The translations under genes and the position numbers were made by a program. The notes under the pieces were generated by a model that was not told the origin of the DNA, did no database searches, and saw only the letters and a list, made by a program, of their open reading frames with translations. A stretch of 64,000 nucleotides of DNA from Moniliella sp. 'wahieum' (taxonomy: Eukaryota): assembly GCA_003971905.1 (NCBI GenBank), contig RSEE01000126.1, positions 62,001 to 126,000 of the forward strand, written 5' to 3'. Shown here piece by piece: positions 25,780-36,407 of this stretch. Every line of letters starts with the position of its first letter. The stretch's first letter is position 1.

Positions 25780-27027
25780 TCACTTGCTCGGCGTATATGC
25801 AAAGCAAAGCCCTAAGCCCGAAGTTGGTTGGTTTGATGTACCGTGCAAAGTACTTACAAGCTCAAGCTCAACGATTCGCTCGAAGGGAGCGACGAAGAGA
25901 GCTTGAACGGAAGCGAGGCCGAGCCCTTGGGCAGAGCGATGGACGAAGCGGCTGGCAGGGACACCGAGCTGGATGCAGCCTTGGCCAGGCTCGCCAGCTC
26001 CGACGACAAGGATGGGAGTGCGGCCGAGTCGAGGCTCAGCTTGGACTCAGACCAGGAGCGAGCCTTAAGCGAAGGGGCCTCAGTGGGCAGCGAGAGCGAA
26101 CCAGTGGGAAGCGAAAAGAGCCACTGGGAAGCTCAAGGGACGAAGCGCTCAGCTGGTCCAACTTGGCGGTAGGGATCCCGCTCGGCAGCTTAAAGGACAA
26201 GCTCTCCGTGGGCAGAGCAATGGACGAGGGCTGGGCCTTGCGTGCCGGGTGGGCCTTGGGGGCCTTCTGGACAGCGTGGGCCAGGGGACCCTCCTGGGGG
26301 AGCGAGCTGGACAGATCGCCGAGCAACGAGGTAGGCAGAGCAGCGGGCACAGAGCTGGCATCCGACAGCTCTCCAAGCAGCTCCGAGACGTTGATCTCGC
26401 TAGCTTCCGGGCAGCAGGGCCGGCACGCGCCGAGAGGCTGAGCGAAGCGCCCGAAGGCAGAGCAGTGGGGACCGACAGAGACAGGCTCGACAGCGACGCA
26501 GGCAGCTTCCCCCCAGACCCGAAGGCAACTCCGCAGCCAAGCCCGACGGAAGCACGGGAGCGGGCGAACCCGAAGGCAGCTCCAAGGACAACGAAGCGGG
26601 CAGCGACAGAGACGCATCCGGCTGGAAGGCACGACCGTGACGGTTGCCACGACGGTGTTGGAAGGGCTTGTTGCCAGCCGAGCCGAACTCCTTGGGAACC
26701 GCTGGCTTGGCTCCCTTAAGGGCCGAGCTGATGTCGGATGAGATCGAGCCACGTCGGTAGGCAGCGAGGCCGAAGCCGAACCCTGCGACGGGAGGGCGAA
26801 GGGAAGGCTGATCACCTGCGAGAGAGCTGGCTCCGCTTTGGCAGCTCCGACGCAGGGAGCGACAGCGACGGATGGGCCTCTGCATGGGTGGGGTTGTGTC
26901 AGCATGGTAAGAGAACAAAAGGAAGAGGCCAAGCCGGGGCACGGGGATGGCGTTGAAAGAAAGGAAAAGACGTACGAACAGACACGGCCAGGGCCGCGAG
27001 GGCAGCAAGGAAAGCAAAAGAGCGCAT
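25780..27027 (-). CDS. Secreted Ser/Pro/Leu-rich repetitive protein
   Basis: TATA box near 27155, then MRSFAFLAALAALAVS signal peptide, a GTACGT..CTGAC..CAG intron, and repeats such as SLSLELPSG and LSFKLPSG; second intron donor near 25857; 3' end uncertain. Confidence 0.65.
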
Positions 27028-28094
27028 TTGGTAGGAGGTTGAGAAGAAGAGAAGGGAGGTAGGGGAAGGGAGAGGGAGACGAGAGACAAAGGAGTGTCGA
27101 GAGGGCGATGGAACGATGGGCGAAAAGGAGGGGGCGAGAGTAGGGGGGGGCTTATATAGTGGGATGAGATATGCACAGGCGAGGAGGATAGGCTTTTGGC
27201 TCCCATCGCACCCTGTCCAATAGCGGCAGGCAAGGCGTAAAGGGGGGCGGGGAGAGGCGCTGTGCGCAATGCGCGACACGGACGCCCAGGGGGAGGGAGG
27301 CAGTGCTAGTGCGGCAACAGCGCGCGCAGGGAAGATGAAGAAGGGCTGAAGCTGAAGTTGCCACGGCTGGGTGAGATGTGAGATGAGTGCGAGAGATAAT
27401 ATGGAGAGAGTTGGTGTGTGCGGCACTACTGTGCGGCTGCTCTCCGGTTGGGGCTTTGGGGCTGGCGCGCTGTGCGCAGTGGGTGTGGCTGGGGGCATGG
27501 GGGCTGTGTGTATATGTGCGTTGATCCAGGGCTTGGGGTACATACTGCGGAGGCTCGCGCGAGGCACGAGTTGGATCTCCAAGGCAGAAGGCATGTCGCT
27601 GTCCCCGGCTCGTATGGGACACACTGGCCCCTGCTGGGCTGGGCTGCGACACACTGCGACACATTGCGGCCCACAGACGGCGCGAGCGACCTGAAAAGCC
27701 CTGGGAGGCCCTGTCAACAAGCCGCCCGAGCAACTTCTCTCAGGTCTCACATCCTCGCACCTCCTCCCCATCACCCGCCACATCATCCACCATCCACCTT
27801 GCGTGTCATTGCGTCATCAATCCATCATCGACACCTGCTATACCCCAACCACGCCTTTTTGGCTCCATGGCCGGTGCATGACCGGGGACCGTGACTTCTG
27901 GCATGGGTGCGATCTGCAATGGCAGCCGAGGCCCGCGGGGGCTGGCGCTGAAGCTGAGAAGGCACTGAAGGGCTGCAAGCATTCCATCTTCAAGCTTCAG
28001 TTCAGACTGGGTTAGCTCTCACGCGGTCGTTGCTCATCTCGATCTGCATCATGCCACCCTCCCCATGTCCGCGGCGATGCAAAACGTGGCTGGA

Positions 28095-29484
28095 TGTTGA
28101 CTGTGATCCTCTGGCTCCCAGTCGGTAGACCAGGTTCGCCTCGGTTCCATCGGCTTCCACGCTGACGTCCCTGCGTGTCACTGTCCTGTGCCCTGCACTC
28201 TCTCCTGTGTGACTCACTGTCCCTGTGCCTAGTCCAGCCTCCTATATAGATGCCCTGTACCCAGACCCAACTCTGGCTCCAATCCATCACCTTCTCCTCA
28301 TCCTTCTGCCCGTCCGGCTCCCTAGGCCAACAGAGCTACAATCTGATCCCCCCGGAAGGGGAGCGCTCTTCAAGCAAGCCCACCCCAAGCCTACAAGCCC
28401 AAGCTAAGCCGCCAAGCCCACAAGACACACCCGTCCTCCCGCCCAACAACACCACCGCCACAATCGGCACCTTACCGCCACAATCGGCATACTACCGCCA
28501 CAATCGGCATACTACCGCCACAATCGGCACACTCGTCCCCCACAGATGGGGCAATGATTTTTAGGGACAACACACGACGGAACAAAACGTGTCGGGTATC
28601 GTCAACGAGACGAAATTCCTCCAACGACAAAACGGCGCAGGCGAATCGCAGAAAGCGGGGGTGGCTGCTCATCAAGTGCCCCACCCACGGCTACACGCCC
28701 CGGATTGCCAATTCATCCGGGGCACCTGGGGAAAGGATGGGGGGGGTGGTCACCCAACTTCTTCCACTCCTCTTTTTCAACAACAAAGAGAACCCAAACA
28801 GATCAAGACGGTTGACGCATAGCGCCCGTTCATTTCCCATGCCCAATGGACCCCACTGGCACCAGGCATGCGGAACCAAACAACTACCAAACGCATCCAA
28901 TTTTGATGCCAAACGACCTTGGACCGCATTTACTCCAAGTTTCCAATTTTCTTTCACTACACCTATAACTGGTGCTTTTTACTTTGCCCACCAAATCGCT
29001 TCGGGGCGCACCCCTACTACTTTTACTTCTAAGACTTCTACAGCATCTGGCGGTCGCACAATACACCAACCACAAGCGCTCGGCTCGTTCAGGTGTCATC
29101 CTGGACAGCGGGGTGTAGGCCAGTCGTGTGGCCATGCACAACTCCAGGCCATTCGTCCCGGTTGCCACTCAAGTCCTCCCCTCTCTACTCCACTGGCAGG
29201 AGCTCATCCCACAACCGATGTCTCCGGGTTCCCTGGCCAGCGGGGGTGTTGACTGTGATCCCTGGCTCCCAGTCGGTAGACCAGGTTCGCCTCGGTTCCA
29301 TCGGCTTCCACGCTGACGTCCCTGCGTGTCACTGTCCCTGTGCCCTGCACTCTCTCCTGTTGACTCACTGTCCCTGTGCCTAGTCCAGCCTCCTATATAG
29401 ATGCCTCTGTACCCAGACCCAACTCTGGCTCCAATCCATCACCTTCTCCTCATCCTTCTGCCCGTCCGGCTCCCTAGGCCAACA
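28095..29484 (+). mobile_element. Complete non-autonomous miniature LTR retroelement (TRIM-like, copia-type termini)
   Basis: Direct LTRs at 28095-28332 and 29247-29484 (238 bp, TGTTG...CAACA, internal TATATA). Perfect 5-bp TSD CTGGA on both sides. G-rich PPT-like AGCGGGGG before the 3' LTR. The ~914-bp interior has no intact pol. Confidence 0.92.
28454..28530 (+). repeat. Four tandem 20-bp repeats (ACCGCCACAATCGGCA core) inside the retroelement
   Basis: Units start at 28454, 28474, 28494 and 28514. Confidence 0.95.
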
Positions 29485-30800
29485 CTGGACATGAAGCGTG
29501 ACGCGTGAGGTGAGGCTTGGGAGCTTGAGCGCTTCAGCTTCAGTGCGCTGACCCGCCATTAATAATCGATGATGGTGAAGCCTGGCGGAGCTGGAAGCTG
29601 GAAAAGCCAAGAGCTCGATGCTATGCACCACACAGAAGGCCCTCGAGAGATGCCAGCGGCGATTCGGTCGATCATGTCGATCAGGACGAGATGGGCGGCC
29701 GAAGGCTAGACAGGACGTGGAGGGGGTACAGGGCGTTGGTATAGTAACCAGGCAGCATCAAGCGCCAAGCGCTAGCTAACCGTAAAGGTAAAGCTTGATG
29801 CGCTTGAAAAGCTTACGAATAAGCTGTGTTGGACGCGTTTGAACGTGTTGAACTGATCCATCCAATCGAATCGAATCCAATGTCCAATCAATTCAATCCA
29901 ATGCACCCTACACACATGACACAACCAGCGAGGTCTTTTGTATTGCCCTCCAGTTCTGACATAACGCAGGATATCACGTGCAGCGCAGCCACCCGCCACC
30001 AGGACGCTACATGGGGGGAAATCAGATCCGCAACGAAGGCGATGGAACGGTGGGCGGTAGCTACGGTGAACCAGCACCCAAACTGGGCCGTCGGCCCGGT
30101 GGTCTCCTAGTGTGAACATGGGATGTCGAATGCGAACGTCCACAGTTCAAGGTGCACGTTGACCGTCTGATGAAAGGCTCGCGATGGAATGCGAGCCAGG
30201 CAGGGGAACTGAAGGTCTGGTGGTGATGCCTCAGCTGTAATCAGGCGAGCGTATACGCTGCAGCGCAAACATCGGGGTCGTATTGCACACGGTGGTCTGT
30301 CAAGAGGTCAAAAGGTTATCATGTCACGGGGCGATGCGCAGCATAATAGCCACCGGAAATATTTCCGTTGGCGCCCCGCTGCTTATCGTTCGCTCTTGCT
30401 TCTAATCAGTTCGATCGCCGATGTTCGCGCGTGCAGATCGGCCGGAGCTATCAGCCGCGTGGTCTCCACAGACCACAGTTAGGCCGCTTGCCTATTGTAC
30501 GACTTGGGGCCTTTGCCTGCCTATATAAAGACCCGCTCTGTACTAAGAATGCATGGAGGCAAGCGACCAATCGACTTGTCCTATACGTCCACCCTCAGCG
30601 CCGCCTTCTCCAGGACTCAGCTTAGGAACGCTATCGCTAGGAAGGCAGTAGGGAGGACGTCTCTCTGGTACGAAGCTCGCGCTCTTCGGGCCTACGACTG
30701 GTCCCCTTGCCTGACGAGCCAGAGGGCTGGCTCCCCTTTGTGCCCCCGTCGGGCGAGGTTGTCACCGCCCGGGAGGCCACACCGTTACATATCATGCCTT

Positions 30801-31140
30801 TGTCACAACACTTGCCTTCAGGCGTTTCTTAATTGAAGACTTGTCGCTCACTTTGCCTTGACTCCTAGTTCAAAAGCGGCTTTACAGTCAATCCCGTATA
30901 GGATCCCCGAGAGCTCGGCCGAATGTTGGGGCTCGCGTCCCGTACATAGGCCAAGGTTATCACCCTTTGCCCCTTTGACCTCCAAAGCCTCCATGTGTAT
31001 ACTCAGGTTCAGTTGTTTGAACCCCCTGTTCTCCTCTAGGTGTCACGGCATAAGGCTTAGACCTAACCACCACCGCGATTGCATTGCTCTACATTTCCAG
31101 AGGTTCTTCATCCAACCTCTTGGGTTCCTCCGGTCTTACA
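30801..31140. mobile_element. LTR relic related to the 24768 element, inverted orientation
   Basis: 30930-31140 is the reverse complement of 24768-24980 with scattered substitutions and indels, and ends CGGTCTTACA. The left boundary TGTCAC is tentative. Confidence 0.6.
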
Positions 31141-31317
31141 CCGAAGTCGCAATCTATAGCAAACAGTAGTGCCGACCCTTAACTTTACACGGGCAGTACT
31201 ACCTAGACCTTCATCTTATGCGCAGGTGACGCAGACATATGGTGCAATTCATGCATCGATACATACGAGCCGAGTACTGTGTGCCACGAAGAGAGTACAC
31301 ACGCGTTTTGGGCTCAT

Positions 31318-32822
31318 TTAAAAGCCCATAGCAGCCCAGTTGGCCTCGACCTTGGCCTGGATGTCAGCGGGGAAGGAGCCCTTGACGCTGGCATCTTCCC
31401 AGTTGGGTCCGGTGGTGTACTCGGTGGGAAGGAGCGCGTCACAGACAACATTGCCACCCACAAGAGGGTTAGCGTTGCCATGACCATTGAATGGGATGAG
31501 AGGGAACGCCGCCTGGTCATCAAAGTGGTACTCGTCCGTGCCCGGGCGGCAGCGCGTCGTGAACGCCCACATAACATCGTTCCAGTTGAAGATATCAACG
31601 TCGTAGTCGCCAATCAGGATGAGCCGGTGAATGGTGTAGCCAGCCTTGTTGCCATACACGATGTTACCAATCTTGTTGGCAAATTCCGCCGGCGTGGTCT
31701 TGAGCTCACGAAGCGCTTTTCCATCGATCTGAACCACGACCCAGGTGACGGTGCTCTGTTCCGGGCTGAAAGCCTGCTTGACTGGCACCCCATTCTCGCG
31801 CAACAGTTCGCGGATCCGCACCGCGGCCAGGGGCCCAATCATCGTGTGCGTCTCATCGGTAATGCGCCCACAGTTGCACACGGGCATGATCGCATTGTCG
31901 CGGTACGTGACCACATCGACATTGTACACCGGCTGCGGGTGGCTATCGCCCGGGAACACGTAGCCGTGCATCTCGCCGAACGGTCCCTCGGGCGCGGTGG
32001 CCGACGTGGAGATTGTGCCTTCAAACACGATCTCCGATGATGCCGGGAGCAACAGGTCGTTCGTCTCGGCTTTCACCACCTCCACCGGCTGACCCGTCGT
32101 GCACCAATGAAGCCCGACTCGCTCATGCCGCCAGGGATGGGCATGCTGGACGCCATGATGGCTGCCGGGGGCACACCAAAGGCCAGCACCCAAGGAACGT
32201 CCTTTCCAATTGCCTTCCATTGCGACCAAATTTGCCAAATGTGCTGCGGCTTGATAACTAGACCAACGAGATGCTTATTGTCGTACACCATGGCGCGAGC
32301 GATAGACCAGTTGGTCCACTTGCCGTCCGGGGTTTGCACAATGTGCATGCCGTACGTCTGGATGTACTTGCCACCATCCGACTGGTGCAGCAGCGGCGCA
32401 GGCCATTCGTTGAGACGGATCGCGTCGCCAGTGAGCTTGTTCTGCTTGCACGGCCCAGTCTCTACCACCACGGGCGGAATGGCGGGCTCATGGAGCGCAC
32501 TGGCCATCTTGTCGAGGATCTCCCCCCAGCCTGACGTGACGGGCAAGCCGAGGTGGCGTGCAAGCCGACCGTACTTTTGCTTGGGGTCCGAACGGAGCGA
32601 GTTGGGTGCTCCCAAGATGCGGAAGAACCCGTCCTCTTGCTGGCCCTTGAGCTTGTTGAACAACGGAGCCTTTCCGTTGGTCTCGCATACTTTGCGGATA
32701 ATCGCGCCGGCTTCCAGGTGGGGATCGACCTCGGTGTTGATCTCCACAATGTCGCCGTCAGCCTTGAGCGCTTCGACGTAGGCGCGGAAGTTGAGGTGGG
32801 GAAGGGGGTTAGAGTCGGACAT
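31318..32822 (-). CDS. FDC1: Ferulic/cinnamic acid decarboxylase (UbiD family, prenyl-FMN dependent)
   Basis: [59 protein letters not shown] and [10 protein letters not shown]; no intron seen; one apparent frameshift near 32100. Confidence 0.97.
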
Positions 32823-34098
32823 GGTAGTGCAGGCGAGTATGTCTGGTGCTAGGGCGAGAGTGGGTGTGTGGCGGGGATGGAGGGGAGATGGGGGCTGGGT
32901 GATGTGTTGGCGTGGCTCAAAGGCTCTGGACGGAGTGCTATTATACTCGGGGTTCCCAGCCTATAGGCATGCTTCTGATGGTGTGGCTGTGACGTGGACA
33001 ACATCCGTCTCTTCGGCGACACGGAGGCGTCGACTGCCGGGAGCGAATGAGGCGGTAAGGCGGGGTTTGATGGCGATGATGAAAAGCACCGTTGCGCCCT
33101 GTCTCGGCTGCGTCATGAATTCATTGTGCCGCCAGAGCGGCATCCATGATGGAGATCATAGGCTTTCTGGACGGAGGGCTGAGGCTGTGAAGCTTGAAGG
33201 GCAAACTGATCGGTCATAATACACTGACACGAGATTGAGAGGGTCGAACGTGAGCTCACTGGCTGCATGCTTTTCAAGAGCCAGAGTTCAGACCAACACA
33301 GGCTACAATGTGATATGACCACAGGGGCGGCCAGGGCGGCCACGGATGGTCACCGTCCCAATGTCATTTGCCACGGGGTCCGGCCAACCAGCCAAGGTTC
33401 CAAGCGAGTTCGAAGCGAAATGGCGCTGTGCATAATGAGCGGCAACATGAGTACGGCGTTAACCGCAACAAGCTCGTGGGAGTGGCTCAGCGCTCAGCTG
33501 CCTCTCAATGTAGGTGGTGGTGTGGCCCCGATGAGTGGCGATGACAGATGGGTGTGTTGTCAACACGCCGACGCCGTTTGGTGTGTGCCGGCAGATGGCG
33601 CCTGTCTTTTGCGCCTCGCCGCCGGCAGTCCGGAGTCATTTTGCTCCGGAAGGGGAATGCGCACCCGCCACGCGTTCAACTTTCAAATCCAGGGTTGCAC
33701 CGCACACTGCCGCCGAGCGCCAAGACCGCTGCAAGTTATAAGTTGCAAGGTGCTGACGAGCGCCGCATCACACATTGCCGCGTCGGAGTCGGAACGGACG
33801 AGTGAGATGGATCGACTGGGCGCGGCAGAGGGTACCGGTAGCGCCGATAATGTCGATAATGCTGCTGCCCGTCGTCTCTGGCCTGGTTTCGCATGCGGCC
33901 GAATACGCCCGTCTGACGTCTGTGGCGCATCGCTAGCACATCCTGTCTTTTTTCGCCATACGCAGCCTTCCTGGCCGCACCACAACCCACCCGGCCCGCA
34001 GCCGGCCAAGCGTATAGACACCGCCATATATATACCCACGCCGCCTCGATCCATGCCGGCGCTCTTGCTCTCCGTATCGCCCACCCGCCTCCGTTCGC

Positions 34099-34905
34099 AT
34101 GTCCCTGCTCACCACCACCACCAGTGCCCTCCGCCCGTTCCAGACCGGGCTCCGCGCCGCCCCCTCGCTTGCCGCCCCGGCGTGCACACGCCCCCTCCTG
34201 CCCCCCCCCCCTCAGCCCCCCCCCACCCCCAGTGGTGACACACCCACGCTCCCGGACCTTACGGCCCCAGCCAACGAGTATTTCAAGGTCGCTGCTTCGG
34301 CTGGGTCTTCGCGGCGCAAGAAATCATTGTGGGGCTCACGGGAGCAACCGGGGCGCTGATTGGCGTACGCGCGCTCGAAGCACTGCGCGAGCTCGATGTC
34401 GAGACGCACGCCATCCTGTCCAAATGGGGCCTGGCAACGCTCAAGTTCGAAACGTCCTTGACCGAGAAGACATCCAACAACGCGCCACCTACCTGTACGG
34501 CATTAAGGATTTAGCTGCCGGTCTTTCCAGCGGCTCCTACCCTACCGACGGCATGATCATCGCCCCCTGTAGCATGCGCACCCTGGCAGCTACGCGGGCT
34601 GGTCTCTGCGACGACTTGGTGTGCGTGCGGCCGATGTGTGCCTCAAGGAGCGCCGCAAACTCGTCATGGTCGTCCGCGAGACGCCCTTTCGGCGATTCAC
34701 CTGGACAACATGCTCGCCCTCACCCATGCTGGCGCTGTCATGTTCCCTCCTGTGCCGGCCTTTTACCATTTCCCTGAAAACATGGACGACGTGGTTACCA
34801 AACGGTCGGTCGCTTGCTTGACCAGTTCGGGCTGACTCGAGCCGTCATTCCGCCGCTGGCAGGGCGGGCTGCGCAAGGACAAGCCCCACCGGCGTATCAA
34901 GTTGA
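34099..34905 (+). CDS. PAD1: Flavin prenyltransferase (UbiX family) with mitochondrial-type presequence
   Basis: IIVGLTGATGALIGVRALEAL..VETHAILSKWG, SSGSYPTDGMIIAPCSMRTLA, RAADVCLKERRKLVMVVRETP and IHLDNML..GAVMFPPVPAFY; TATA near 34026; several frameshifts; 3' end approximate. Confidence 0.95.
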
Positions 34906-35789
34906 CCAAACCAAATGTTATTTAGTCCTAACTAATACAACCTCATTCCGTACTATGTGGTCGACAAATACCCTCTCACCCGTCCATCTATATTACGCAC
35001 ACAAGCCAAGTGGGTGCAGTTATGTGATTGGCGTTCGTTGGGGATGTATAGCTGCAAATACGCTACCCCATTACCCTTCTCATTAAATGTAGGCCATTTT
35101 GGATCATAGACAGCAGCTCTCTTCTCCTACGATGCATCATGATGAAGGTCATCGAGGCCATCCATCCCTCTCGGCTTTCAGACGCGGGGCCGGCAGTTTG
35201 ACTCCTGAAATCCATCTCTTCCCGTCGTCTTGGCGGTCACGCGTAACCAAGCCAGTTGCGACCGTCGTCCATGCCCAGCTATTAACGCCCAGGAGGAGCT
35301 CCAAGAGCAGCAAATGGGAATGGCGGTCGATGGAGATCAAAAATTGCGAAGGCGGTGGCGAACCCAAATTATCATGGAGTCGTAAACGCCACGTCAGAAA
35401 AAACGTCACAACTGCATCACATATGATGTCACTTGACCTTGGCCACAAATGACCACAGGTCAACGCTAGCACGGGCTCGTTCAGATTTCTGCCAGAGCCA
35501 GCCCCATGCAATTGGTGCAGGTGATGCTGTCATCGTGTTACTTGTGCTCATGCAGCGTACCACACATAATCCTACTATCCTCTGTATCTGGTTTGTACAA
35601 CACCACAACCACTAGTATCAACCTTTTAAAGTGAAAAAAACATGTATCGAAGTCAGCGAGAGTGCTTTGGATCGCACTGGTACGAAAAACGGTTGCAAGC
35701 AATAGACTATGCTTGTAACCCACCTGGTGCTTGTAGGATTGAGTGCCTCGATGAGCTGGACAATCACTGCGCTCTAGCAGATCGGAGAT

Positions 35790-36407
35790 CCTTACGGCTT
35801 GACGAGCGGGGCCGGGTTCTTGGCGCGGCGGAGCACAAAGTAAAAGTTGGCAGGGATGTCGCGGAAGTCCATCGTGCCAAAGAGGGTGTCATCATCGACC
35901 TTGACAACTGGAGGTTTCAGACACGTACAGAGGTTAGTTTATGTGTCTGCTGATCATTCAACAGGAAAAAGAAAGGGCCCACGTACAGGAATCATGATGG
36001 CAAGGTTGTCGTACACCTCGATGCACAAGGACGTCCACGGACCTCGACGTGCGAATGCGGCGGTCGGGCCGGCAACCCCAAGTCCTTCCATTTGGCATCG
36101 AACCTGGTCCGGTTCGACTTGGAATGACTTGACCGGTTCCACCTGGTACAAACCGCCTTCCGGTCCGGGCCCAGAACAAGAGCGGGTACGCCTCTTCCGC
36201 CGTTCCGTATGCCTTTCCGTACCAATGCGACGATTCCAAGCGACCATCGAGCGGGTGGCCGTGAAAATCCACTTCCCTCCCAAGTGGCGTGGAGGACATC
36301 GCTCTCGCGCGCGGGCGGGAGCGAGTCAAAAGCGCTTGAGCTTCCGCTTCCGTGTGCTTCTTGCCAGGCTGCGCCAAGGCGTGGAAGTTCTCGACTGGGG
36401 AAGGCAT
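35790..36407 (-). CDS. GXWXG/DUF4334-domain protein of unknown function
   Basis: AFDSLPP..ATWEGSGF..GHPLDGRLESSHWYGK, ..YDNLAI, an intron (GTACGT..CTAAC..CAG, about 35985-35908), then KVDDDTLFGTMDFRDIPANFYFVLRR; TATA near 36510. Confidence 0.8.

Noticed and set aside
28454..28530. Short regularly spaced repeats resembling a CRISPR array
   Set aside because: Head-to-tail 20-bp units with no unique spacers, no cas genes, and a eukaryotic context inside an LTR element.
29826..30110. Small ORF as a possible peptide or pheromone precursor
   Set aside because: No CaaX, signal peptide or repeated core; it starts within AATC-rich low-complexity sequence.
32073..32238. Programmed frameshift or split gene in FDC1
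   Set aside because: No slippery heptamer is evident, and single-base indels occur throughout the window.
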